Below, piece by piece: positions 27,339 to 37,200 of a stretch of 37,852 nucleotides of DNA. Each line of letters begins with the position of its first letter. Position 1 is the first letter of the stretch. A program made the position numbers and the translations under genes. The stretch covers positions 1 through 37,852 of the forward strand of contig JAJFHR010000411.1 in assembly GCA_021775515.1 (NCBI GenBank), given 5' to 3'. The notes under the pieces were generated by a model, which was not told where the DNA came from, made no database searches, and worked only from the letters and a program-made list of their open reading frames with translations. The DNA comes from Hyphomicrobiales bacterium. GTDB lineage: Bacteria > Pseudomonadota > Alphaproteobacteria > Rhizobiales > JAJFHR01.

Positions 27339-28664
27339 CTAACCATAAATGTATTTGGGTAACCACAGCGCAATTTGCGGGAATATTATAATGGCGATCA
27401 GACCGATAAGCTGAATAACCATAAACTGCATCATTCCGATGTAAATATCCTTGAGATCCCATTCCGGCACCACTCCCTTGAGAAAATAGGCCGACAGCGC
27501 CACCGGCGGTGACAACCAGGCTGTTTGCAAATTGACCGCAACCAGAATACCGAACCAGGTCAGATTAATGTTCATTTTATCAAGAAGCGGGATCAGGATC
27601 GGTACGATAATAAGAACAATTGGCACCCACTCAAGAGGCCAGCCGAGAACAAAAATCAAGGCCATGATGAGGAGCAAAACCTGCATTTGGGTCAGGTCCA
27701 TATCCAGTAACATTTCGGTCAACAGGGTTGGTGTGCCAAGGCGGGAAAAAACAGCGCCAAAAAAATTCGATGCAGCAACAAGAAAGAGAATCAAGACAGA
27801 AATTTCCAAAGTCTTGATCAATGCTTCTTGAAACTTGCCAAGGGTCATCTTGCGATATCCCAGGGTCAACAACAGAGCACCAAAAGCACCGCAACCAGCG
27901 CCTTCAGTTGGCGTTGCCCAGCCAAAGAGAATACTCCCCAGGGCAAAAGCAACCAGAAGTGCCGGCGGCACCAGACCGAGAAAAAATTCACGAAAAACCA
28001 CACGCCAGTTATTTGGTCTTTCATCCTCAGGCAGAGCAGGTCCAAGCGATGGATCGATCTGGCATCGTATCAAGGCATAGGCCGTATACATAAAGGCAAG
28101 CATAATGCCGGGCACGATGGCAGCGGCAAATAGGTCGGTCACAGGCACTTCAAGAACCGGTCCCATGACAACCAGCATAATCGACGGTGGAATTAGAATG
28201 CCCAATGTCCCACCGGCCGTAATAGTACCGGCCGCCAGTCTGACATCATAACCTGATCGGTTCATCGTCTTTGCCGCCATAATACCAAGGATGGTCACAG
28301 AAGCCCCAACGATGCCGGTAGCAGCGGCAAAAATCGTCGATACAAACAGCACCGCGATATAGAGTGCTCCCCGGGTTGACGCGAGCATAAGTTGTACCGC
28401 TCGAAACAATCGCTCCATCAATCCGGCCTGCTCCATCATGATACCCATAAAAACAAATAGTGGTACCGCGGCCAGGGTCTGCTCCAGCATGACGTTGTTA
28501 AATTGCAGCGTCATTAAGAAAAAGACCAGGTCACCAAATCCCCAATAGCCAAAGGCCAAACCCAGAAAAATAAGCGTAAACGAAATAGGAAACCCGACAA
28601 AAATGGCCAGTAGCATTACGGCGATCATTGTCAGACCGATCATTTCTGACGTCATGTCGGCCAC
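27339..28664 (-). CDS. TRAP transporter large permease (COG4664-type)
   Basis: 441-aa polytopic DctM-like protein (LIPPSIMLVV, GTPTEGAG) downstream of a small permease and a substrate-binding gene. Confidence 0.9.
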   Translation of the reverse strand: MADMTSEMIGLTMIAVMLLAIFVGFPISFTLIFLGLAFGYWGFGDLVFFLMTLQFNNVMLEQTLAAVPLFVFMGIMMEQAGLMERLFRAVQLMLASTRGALYIAVLFVSTIFAAATGIVGASVTILGIMAAKTMNRSGYDVRLAAGTITAGGTLGILIPPSIMLVVMGPVLEVPVTDLFAAAIVPGIMLAFMYTAYALIRCQIDPSLGPALPEDERPNNWRVVFREFFLGLVPPALLVAFALGSILFGWATPTEGAGCGAFGALLLTLGYRKMTLGKFQEALIKTLEISVLILFLVAASNFFGAVFSRLGTPTLLTEMLLDMDLTQMQVLLLIMALIFVLGWPLEWVPIVLIIVPILIPLLDKMNINLTWFGILVAVNLQTAWLSPPVALSAYFLKGVVPEWDLKDIYIGMMQFMVIQLIGLIAIIIFPQIALWLPKYIYG

Positions 28665-29302
28665 CGGTTGTTTTTAATTGCATAGGTGCATTTCAAAGTT
28701 TCAGAAATACCCTGAAGGATGAGAAGAGCCGCACCAAGGGGCATGGCAGAGCGAACTGGGGCAACCGGGGCCATCCAGGCGGTATCCATACTTAGTTCCC
28801 ACCGCACCCAGGCGACACTGGCATAATCAAATGACACCCAGAAAAAGAAAATCATCGCAGGAAAAAACAGAAATATGTATAGGATGAAGTCAATAAGCGC
28901 CTGCTGTCGGGAAGGCCATTGCCGGTAAATAAAATCAGCGCGGATATGCACACCGCGCATCAGTGCATAACCGGCACCGATCATAAACATACCACCGGAA
29001 ACCATGCGGCTGATGTCATAGGCCCAATCTGTTGGAGCAACAAACAGCTTGCGGGCAACAACTTCATAAACCATTGCCAGCATCAGCGGCACCAGCATCC
29101 AACAAAAAATGCGTCCAACCCATAGACTAACGGTATCAGCCAATGTGATAATCGTGCGCATCCACGGCGGCATGTCATCGGGTAAACCTGCCGGTGAACC
29201 TGAGCGCCGTTCAGCAATCATTTCATCGGATATATCGAGCTTGGATACATCTACATCTTCGCTCACAACATCATCCCCCAGAAGATATCTGACAAATAGC
29301 AC
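28652..29302 (-). CDS. TRAP transporter small permease (COG4665-type, with cytoplasmic acidic N-terminal extension)
   Basis: DctQ-like hydrophobic core. 13-nt overlap with the large permease gene. Confidence 0.82.
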   Translation of the reverse strand: MLFVRYLLGDDVVSEDVDVSKLDISDEMIAERRSGSPAGLPDDMPPWMRTIITLADTVSLWVGRIFCWMLVPLMLAMVYEVVARKLFVAPTDWAYDISRMVSGGMFMIGAGYALMRGVHIRADFIYRQWPSRQQALIDFILYIFLFFPAMIFFFWVSFDYASVAWVRWELSMDTAWMAPVAPVRSAMPLGAALLILQGISETLKCTYAIKNNRWPT

Positions 29303-29434
29303 CGGCTAATTCAGTATGCGCCCAACGAGTTTTGTTACGCCCTGATTTAATCTTGACATGAATTGAACTTGGAAAACAACTCAACAAGGGTGCGATGGAA
29401 AGTCCCGAGAGACCTCCCACCGCAGAGTTGAGCG

Positions 29435-30562
29435 TTAATTAGCTGGCTTCTTTTTGCTGTTTACGTAGGCCATTCCCAGTTTCGCATTGGACGTTTGTGC
29501 GCCTGCCCAAAACGGTACCGCAATATCGGCAAAGGCTTTTTGCGAATCCCAGACCTTTTTGAAGAATGCATTGTTAGCTGCATTTTTTTCCAAAGATGCT
29601 TTTGCCGCTTCCATATACTGTGGAAAATAATCGGCAGGCGTATCACGCAAGATTACACCCTTGTTTTCCGTCAGATCTTTAAGAGCTTTTCCATTTTCAT
29701 AAATTCGGTAGGCCATTGATTTCATCAACGAGGCATTGGCGGCAACTTCAAGGGCTTTTTGCTGCAGCGGAGTCAGGCTCCTATAGACATCGCCATTAAT
29801 ATAGATGTCTGCATTCACAACCACCTGATGCAGGCCCTGAAGATAATAATTTTTAAGTACTTTATAAAACCCAAACACGAGATCAGGCTTTGGGCAGCAC
29901 CATTCAGCCGCATCAATCACGCCCTTTTCCAAGGCCGGCAAAATATCTCCGCCACCCATGGCAACAGAGGCAACACCGATGTCCTTATAGGTCTGTCCCG
30001 GAATTCCCGGAGGCGTGCGGAAACGATATTTACGGAAGTCTGCCATTGATTCGATGGGCTCTTTGAACCAGCCAAGAGCTTCAGGCCCCACTGGTTGCAG
30101 CATGAAACCTTTAACGTTTACACCCATTTCGACCCAAAGCTGGTCGTAAAGTTCCTTACCTCCACCGTAAAGGAACCACGAAACGAAGGCGATATTATCA
30201 ATGCCGACGCCCGCACCTGCTACAGGAGATCCAAACAGCATGGCGGCCGGGTGTTTGCCCGACCAATAATGTGTCCAGGCAAAACCACCTTCAATAAGAC
30301 CTTTGTCCACCGCATCGAGTGTTTCCTTCACCCCGACAACAGCTCCCGCAGGCAAAACTTCAATAATCACCTCTCCGTTAGTCAGATCACTAACGTCTTT
30401 GGCGAATTCCTTGAGCATTGTTACTTCGTCAGCTTTAGACGGAATAACAGATTGAATACGAATTTTCACCGGCTTGGCTTCCACAATGCCGGGCGCCATG
30501 ACAACAACAGCAGCGACAGCGAATGCAGCCAGGCACAGGATAAATCTCTTCAGTTTTTCCAT
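29435..30562 (-). CDS. TRAP transporter substrate-binding protein (COG4663, mannitol/chloroaromatic-type)
   Basis: Signal peptide LCLAAFAVAAVVVMAPGIVEA; 375 aa; first gene of a P-Q-M operon. GGGAGGAAAG lies upstream of the ATG. Confidence 0.88.
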   Translation of the reverse strand: MEKLKRFILCLAAFAVAAVVVMAPGIVEAKPVKIRIQSVIPSKADEVTMLKEFAKDVSDLTNGEVIIEVLPAGAVVGVKETLDAVDKGLIEGGFAWTHYWSGKHPAAMLFGSPVAGAGVGIDNIAFVSWFLYGGGKELYDQLWVEMGVNVKGFMLQPVGPEALGWFKEPIESMADFRKYRFRTPPGIPGQTYKDIGVASVAMGGGDILPALEKGVIDAAEWCCPKPDLVFGFYKVLKNYYLQGLHQVVVNADIYINGDVYRSLTPLQQKALEVAANASLMKSMAYRIYENGKALKDLTENKGVILRDTPADYFPQYMEAAKASLEKNAANNAFFKKVWDSQKAFADIAVPFWAGAQTSNAKLGMAYVNSKKKPAN

Positions 30563-30668
30563 AAGTCTTTCCTCCCAGTTAGCCCATATCCGAAAATTGC
30601 GGTGATAGACAAATTTGCGCCTGTTGATTTTCCACCAGCAATCAGCAACGGCGGTCAGACACGTAATT

Positions 30669-30682
30669 TGTAAACGTTATCA
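30669..30682. promoter_or_regulatory. LacI-family operator candidate TGTAAACGTTATCA
   Basis: Fits the TGnAAnCGnTTnCA palindrome class. Lies 107-120 nt upstream of the TRAP substrate-binding gene start (30562, minus strand). Confidence 0.5.
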
Positions 30683-30959
30683 TTTTTTTCGAAACGATCA
30701 AGCGCATCAATGTAAAAACAACTGACAATTTTTCTCAAATCACCTCTGTAACAGGATTAACTAGTTGTTTTTAAATCTTAAAAAATATTAGAATATATTC
30801 TTAAAGCCACGAAAAAAACTTTGATATTGCAACGGTTTTTGCTATCAAACCCGAAATTTTGACATTTGATGAAATTCAACATTCTGGAAGTTATCTTTCT
30901 AATTTCATGAATTCTATCGGGTAGGACAACCAATATTGACACAGCAACTGCAACTGGGC

Positions 30960-30988
30960 TTGACAGATTATGAAAACGTTTACAAAAT
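30960..30988 (+). promoter_or_regulatory. Candidate sigma70-type promoter (TTGACA-N17-CAAAAT) overlapped by the second LacI-type operator
   Basis: Exact TTGACA at 30960-30965. A-rich -10-like hexamer 17 nt downstream. The operator at 30971-30984 lies over the spacer and -10. Confidence 0.4.
30971..30984. promoter_or_regulatory. LacI-family operator candidate TGAAAACGTTTACA
   Basis: 6/7 symmetric half-sites around a central CG. Lies 118-131 nt upstream of the GMC oxidoreductase start. Confidence 0.55.
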
Positions 30989-31101
30989 TACTGCTGCTTG
31001 AGACCTTATTGATGAGGTGAGATTATGATAATCAAAAACCTTCTCCTGGCGCAGATTGCTCGAGAGTGTAAAACTCGGATTAACTGAGGCAAACAAAAAC
31101 C

Positions 31102-32712
31102 ATGAATCCTAGAGCTCATTTCCAAGCTGATTACATAATCATCGGTGGCGGATCAGCCGGTTGCGTTTTAGCAAACAGATTATCGGAAAACCCGAACACG
31201 AAAGTAATTTTGCTTGAAGCCGGTGGGCGGGATATCAGTCCCTGGATACACATACCAGTGGGCTATTTCAAAAATATGCATAATCCAAAAGTGGATTGGT
31301 GTTACCAAACCCAGTCTGATCCCGGCTTAAACGGGCGCAGTATCAATTGGCCTCGCGGAAAAGTTTTGGGGGGATCCAGTTCCATCAACGGGCTTTTGTA
31401 TATTCGCGGCAATAAATCAGATTATGACCATTGGCGTCAGCTCGGAAATACCGGCTGGGCCTTTGACGATGTATTGCCCTATTTCAAAAAAGGCGAAGAT
31501 CAACAACACGGAGAAGACGCTTACCATGGCACCGGCGGTCCCTTATCTGTAATCAATGGCGCCCATGTAGGCGAACTCTGTGAACTTTTTGTTGCCGGGG
31601 CAATGGAGACCGGAATTCCCAAAAATGAGGATTTCAATGGACCAGATCAAACCGGCGTTGGATATTTCCAAGTCACGGTTCGCAATGGGTTTAGATGCTC
31701 TACCGCAGCGGGGTTTCTGCGTCCTGCCCGCAAGCGGCCAAATCTAAAAATAATTACAAAAGCCCATGTGAAAAAAATTGTGCTGGATGCCAACCGCGCT
31801 CAAGGCGTGCTTTTTGATCACGACGGGGAAGAAAAATATGTATCAGCAAATGCCGAAGTTGTTCTAAGCGCAGGTGCTATCGGCTCGCCCCAGATACTGA
31901 AACTTTCCGGCATCGGGCCGGGTGAAGAGTTAAAAAATCTCGGCATCAAGGTTGAACACGAACTTAAAGGCGTTGGCGAAAATCTTCAGGATCACCTACA
32001 GGTCAGGCTGGTTTATAAAATCAACCGCAAGATTTGCGTGAATGATGAAGTCAACAATCTGGTCGGAAAGGCGCTGGCGGGGATACAATTTGGTCTCTTC
32101 CGTAAAGGGCCGCTTTCTTTAGCAGCAAGTCAGGTCGCCATTTTTACCAAAATTGACCCAGGCGCGGTTGCCCCCGATGTACAGTTTCATTTCCAGCCCT
32201 TCAGTGCCGATAAGCCAGGGGAAGGATTGCACAAGTTTTCAGCATTTACATCGTCAATCTGTCAGTTGCGCCCGGAAAGCAGAGGATCAATCAACCTGAC
32301 ATCACCGGACCCGTTCGTATATCCCGCCATTGTTCCCAACTACCTGTCAGCAACCAAAGATCAGGAAATTGTCATAGGCGGCATGAAACTCGCCCGCCGG
32401 ATAGCAAAGTCCAAAACCCTGGCAAATTTGGTAACCGAAGAACACCTGCCCGGCGCTCAGGTGGAAACTGATGAAGCTCTGCTCGAGGCCGCACGCAACA
32501 TCGGTCAGACCATCTACCACCCGGTGGGAACCTGCAAAATGGGACAGGATGTCAACAGCGTAGTTGATGATCGGCTAAGAGTTCATAACATTTCCGGCCT
32601 GCGCGTTGTTGATGCCTCAATCATGCCGGTAATCGCCTCCGGCAACACAAATGCCCCTACGATTATGATAGCTGAAAAAGCAAGCGCAATGATTTTGGAA
32701 GATGCCCGCTAA
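31102..32712 (+). CDS. GMC-family FAD oxidoreductase (choline/alcohol dehydrogenase-like)
   Basis: DYIIIGGGSAGCVLANRLSE FAD motif, GGSSSINGLLYIRG, and a C-terminal HPVGTCKMG...VVDASIMP active-site region. Confidence 0.93.
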   Translation: MNPRAHFQADYIIIGGGSAGCVLANRLSENPNTKVILLEAGGRDISPWIHIPVGYFKNMHNPKVDWCYQTQSDPGLNGRSINWPRGKVLGGSSSINGLLYIRGNKSDYDHWRQLGNTGWAFDDVLPYFKKGEDQQHGEDAYHGTGGPLSVINGAHVGELCELFVAGAMETGIPKNEDFNGPDQTGVGYFQVTVRNGFRCSTAAGFLRPARKRPNLKIITKAHVKKIVLDANRAQGVLFDHDGEEKYVSANAEVVLSAGAIGSPQILKLSGIGPGEELKNLGIKVEHELKGVGENLQDHLQVRLVYKINRKICVNDEVNNLVGKALAGIQFGLFRKGPLSLAASQVAIFTKIDPGAVAPDVQFHFQPFSADKPGEGLHKFSAFTSSICQLRPESRGSINLTSPDPFVYPAIVPNYLSATKDQEIVIGGMKLARRIAKSKTLANLVTEEHLPGAQVETDEALLEAARNIGQTIYHPVGTCKMGQDVNSVVDDRLRVHNISGLRVVDASIMPVIASGNTNAPTIMIAEKASAMILEDAR

Positions 32713-32715
32713 CCC

Positions 32716-32820
32716 AAAGCGTGTCTCGCAAAAGTGGGCACCGGTTTTGCGATAAAGACACGCGCAAAAACAAAGGGTTTAAAGTGTGTCAAATGAATCC
32801 GAAAAAAGGAGACACGCTTT
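32716..32820. repeat. Nested inverted-repeat structure filling the convergent intergenic gap
   Basis: AAAGCGTGTCTC (32716-27) is the exact reverse complement of GAGACACGCTTT (32809-20). Internally, GCGTGTCT (32719-26) pairs with AGACACGC (32756-63), GCAAAA (32728-33) with TTTTGC (32745-50), and GTGTGTC (32784-90) with GACACGC (32811-17). Confidence 0.7.
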
Positions 32821-32832
32821 AACGGTGGAATT

Positions 32833-33894
32833 CTAACTGCGCGACCGTGGTGGCGGTGCGGTAGATTCGCGCACTAAAAGCGTTGCTTCCATCTGAATTT
32901 TTTTGGCCGGCACATTTTCAGAATTGAACCTGTTAAGCAGTGAGGAAGCTGCAAGTTCGCCCATATCATAAAAAGGCACACTGATCGTTGTTAGTGACGG
33001 GGTTACGTGCCCTCCGATACTAAGCCCGTCAATTCCCACAATGGACAGGTCTTCCGGCACCTTGATGCCACGGCGTTGACACTCAAACAGCGCGCCGCAG
33101 GCCAGTATGTCATTTCCACAAATAACCGCCGTTGGCTTTGGCTGCCGCTGCATCAATGTGCGCAGGGCCGCCCGGCCGGCTTCAATTGTATAGGGACATT
33201 CCAGATACTGCTCGGCATTGAACTGAAGGCCATTTTGGGAAAGTCCGGTCTTGATGCCCTGGACCCGGGCCAGCGCCCGATCATTATCCGTCGTAATGCC
33301 GGCAATGATTGCGATACGTTCATGACCGAGGTCGGCCAGATGCTCAACGATTTTTTCCCCGGCTTTCCAATTATCAAATCCTACGCATGGGTGATCCAAG
33401 CGATCATCAAAGGCATAGGTATTTACATAAGGCTTGCCGCTATTATCAAGCAGGTCATAAAGCGCCTGCGAGCGTTGATTGCCGACTAGCAGAATTCCAT
33501 CAACCCCGCGTATAAGCAGTGTACGAACTTCTTCAGCCTCCTGAACCGGACTATAGTTCGAACTGGCCAGCAGCAGCGTGTAATCGTTTTCTTGAAGCTT
33601 GGTTTGCAGGCCACGGATCAAGGTCGAAAAAATGGCATTATCAATGGTTGGAACAATCGCGCCGATGGTTTTGGTCTGGCGGCTCACCAAAGCTCTGGCT
33701 GTACCGTCGGGAACATAACCGAGTTCGGTGATCACTTTTTCGATACGCTGTCTGAGAACCGGTCGAACCATTTCAGGAGAATTGATCGTGCGCGAAACCG
33801 TGGCAATAGAAACACCGGCACTGCGGGCGACATCGCGCACACTCATGCGTCGGCTCGAATTTTCCTTTGATGATAACTTTTTTATATTCGACAC
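32833..33894 (-). CDS. LacI-family transcriptional regulator
   Basis: N-terminal HTH VRDVARSAGVSIATVSRTIN plus a periplasmic-binding-protein-like sugar-binding core; 353 aa. Confidence 0.93.
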   Translation of the reverse strand: MSNIKKLSSKENSSRRMSVRDVARSAGVSIATVSRTINSPEMVRPVLRQRIEKVITELGYVPDGTARALVSRQTKTIGAIVPTIDNAIFSTLIRGLQTKLQENDYTLLLASSNYSPVQEAEEVRTLLIRGVDGILLVGNQRSQALYDLLDNSGKPYVNTYAFDDRLDHPCVGFDNWKAGEKIVEHLADLGHERIAIIAGITTDNDRALARVQGIKTGLSQNGLQFNAEQYLECPYTIEAGRAALRTLMQRQPKPTAVICGNDILACGALFECQRRGIKVPEDLSIVGIDGLSIGGHVTPSLTTISVPFYDMGELAASSLLNRFNSENVPAKKIQMEATLLVRESTAPPPRSRS

Positions 33895-34213
33895 ATGGGT
33901 TTCCTAGCTGATAGGGCGGACATTCCTTAAATATTAAGCTCCACATTATAAAACGAACTTCTCATGAATCATAATGATATGATGGCAAATAATCTGCAGC
34001 GCAGATTTAGATGTTTTTCTTGGGGTAAAGGCAGCGATTGGGGCCTAGCGTGCCAGTTAAGCCTTGAAAACAAACATCACAACGGTCACTGTCAAAAAGT
34101 CTTGATTCGGATGTCACATATACGGGCTCGTAATTGAGTGAGGTTAAAGTGCAGCTGGTTCCGGCAAGACCGTGCGAGCCTGTTGTAACGGTGCGGAGGG
34201 TCACCTGATAGAT

Positions 34214-37200
34214 ATGGGTAGCAACACATTCCCCAAATTGCTGGCAGCAGCCAACCGCGAATTGAAAAAACGATCGGGTGATGGTGAAGATGCAGCGCGT
34301 TTTGCCACTCACTTTTATTCCAAGGGGCATCCCGATGATTTTATCAACCGCGAGCCACGTGAACTCGCGGCCATAGCGAGTTCGGCCTATGGGTTTCGCA
34401 CCGTAAGACAGCCGGGCAAAAGCAAGGTTCGAATTTTCAATCCCGAATATTCTCAAGACGGTTGGAATGATACTGATACGGTAATCGAAATTCTAAATGA
34501 CGATATGCCGTTTTTGGTCGATTCGGTTCTCGACGAATTGGCGGAAAGTTCTATTCCGATCAACCTTCTCCTCCATCCCATTGAAACAGTTCATCGCTCG
34601 GTCAAAACCGGTGCTGTAGTGAAATCATCAAAAGGATCAAGCGAAGTCCGGGAAAGCTTCATCCACATCCATGTTGATCGGATCAGCCGCTCTACCGAGC
34701 AGGCAAAGTTAAATGATCGCCTGGCAAAAACTCTCGAAGAAGTGCGCCTGGCCGTCGTCGACTGGTCAGCGATGATGAAAAGAGTCGAGCGGGTAATTGA
34801 CGATTATAAGGAAATTCCTCCTCCCATTCCGGTTGATGAGCTTGCTGAATCGCTGGAATTTCTAAACTGGCTGCTGGATGGAAATTTTATCTTCCTCGGA
34901 ATTCGCGAATACGCCTTTGACGGAAGTGCTGAAACCGGAGATCTCCAAGCGGTTAAAAGATCGTCGTTGGGAATTTTGCGTAATTCCAAGGTTGAGGTTT
35001 TGCGCCGGGCTGGAAAACTGGTATCGATAACTCCCGAAGTGCGGGATTTTTTAATGGATCCGGCTCCCCTGATTATTGCCAAGGCGAATGTAAAAGCAAA
35101 GGTTCACCGCCGCGTATACATGGACTATATCGGCGTCAAGATATTCGACAGGAAAGGCAAGTTACAAGGCGAGCTTAGACTAATCGGCCTCTTCACCTCT
35201 GTCGCCTATACCCGCAGCGTCAGCGCAATTCCGATCTTACGTCGGAATGCTGTACGGGTGATTGAAAGCAGTAATGTTAATCGCGAGGGACACAGCGGCA
35301 AAGCGCTGCAGAATATTCTGGAAAATTATCCCCGCGATGAGCTTTTTCAAATTGACGATGAAACGCTAAGGGAAAACGCCCTGGGCATGCTCAGGCTGAG
35401 TGAACGGCCACGTACGCGTATTTTCGTCCGCAAAGACAAGTTTGATCGTTTTGTCTCGGTTCTGGTATTTATTTCGCGTGAACGTTTCAACACAGATGTC
35501 CGCGTAAAGGTCGGTAATTTTCTGGCCCAGGCATTTGATGGACGTATTTCGGCCTACTATCCTTCTTACCCGGAAGGAACTTTGATACGCATTCATTTCA
35601 TTATCGGCCGAAATGAAGATGAAACTCCCTCGCCAAATGTTGCTGAACTTGAAGCCACCATAAACGGCTTGACACTGACCTGGTCTGATAACCTGATCGC
35701 CGCCATTAATGAGAAAAACGCAGGCTCGGTGGCGCGATCTTTAATTAAACGGTATGCGGCGGCATTTTCACCGGCCTACAAGGATGCCTTTTCCCCTAAC
35801 CAGGGATTGGCAGATATCGGCCGCATGGAAGGCCTTAGAAAAATTGGCGGTCTTTCAATTGAGTTTGGCGCCAACGGGCAGGAAAATGAAAATAACGATC
35901 ATAGTATTCGCCTGAAACTTTATCACTGCGGTGGTCCAATTCCCCTAAGCGACCGGTTGCCAATCCTGGAGAAAATGGGATTTCGGGCCATTAATGAACG
36001 CTCCTATCAAATTGTACGGGGCGAAGGCGCCCTTAGCGATTTTGTCTGGGTACATGATATCGTCCTGCAACATGTTACCGGGCAGAAAATCGACTTGGAA
36101 GATTTAGAGGACCGGCTGGAAGCCTGTTTCATGGCGGTGTGGAACGGTCAGGCGGAAAACGATGGATATAACGCCCTGGTACTCAATGAGGGGATTGGCT
36201 GGCGCGATGTTTCCATGTTGCGCACCTACGGAAAATACCTACGCCAGGTAGGGATAAGCTTCAGCCAGACATATATGGCAGCAACCCTGGTTAATCATGG
36301 ATCGATTGCAACCTGGCTGGTTGACTTGTTTCATACTAGATTTGATCCTCGTTATGCCCGCGGCGGATCGTCCAATGTAGCCCGCGCAAAGTCGCTTTTA
36401 GGCAAGATCGAAAAAGCGCTTGTCGATGTATCCATCCTTGATGAAGATCGGATCATTCGCCATTTTTGCAATGTGATTACTGCAACCTGGCGCACAAATT
36501 TTTTCCAGACTGCCGCGGACGGCCAGCCCAAGACAGCCATCGCCGTCAAACTCAATAGCAAAATAGTAGACGGGCTGCCCGACCCGCGTCCTTATGCTGA
36601 GATTTTCGTTTATTCTCCGGATGTAGAAGGCATTCATATGCGGTTTGGAAAAATCGCCCGTGGGGGTCTTCGCTGGTCGGATCGCCCGGAAGATTTCAGA
36701 ACCGAAGTTCTCGGACTGGTCAAAGCCCAACAGGTGAAAAACGCCGTTATTGTCCCGGTCGGGTCCAAAGGCGGGTTTGTTCCCAAAAAGCTGCCGCTGG
36801 AAGGCCCACGAGAAAAAATCCAGCAAGAAGCAATCAGGTGTTACAAGCTGTTTATTTCAAGCTTGCTTGATCTGACGGATAATCTCAGTGGCACCGAGCT
36901 TATCCCCCCTGATGAAGTAAACCGCCACGATGGCGATGATCCTTATCTGGTTGTTGCCGCGGACAAGGGAACCGCGACATTTTCTGATATTGCAAATGGC
37001 ATTTCGGTAGACAGAGGATTTTGGCTCGGCGATGCTTTTGCCTCTGGTGGATCTGCTGGATACGACCACAAAAAAATGGGCATCACGGCGCGCGGTGGCT
37101 GGGAGGCTGTAAAGCGCCATTTTAGAGAAATGAACATTGATTGCCAGAAAACACCTTTCACTGTCATTGGTGTGGGAGATATGTCCGGCGATGTTTTTGG

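Noticed and set aside
30095-30673. 192-aa + strand ORF, and similarly 33007-33489 (+), 3444-4037 (-), 34007-34456 (-) and 27525-28133 (+)
   Set aside because: All are antisense or out-of-frame shadows of confidently identified genes: the TRAP binding protein, LacI, thpR, gdhB and the TRAP permease.
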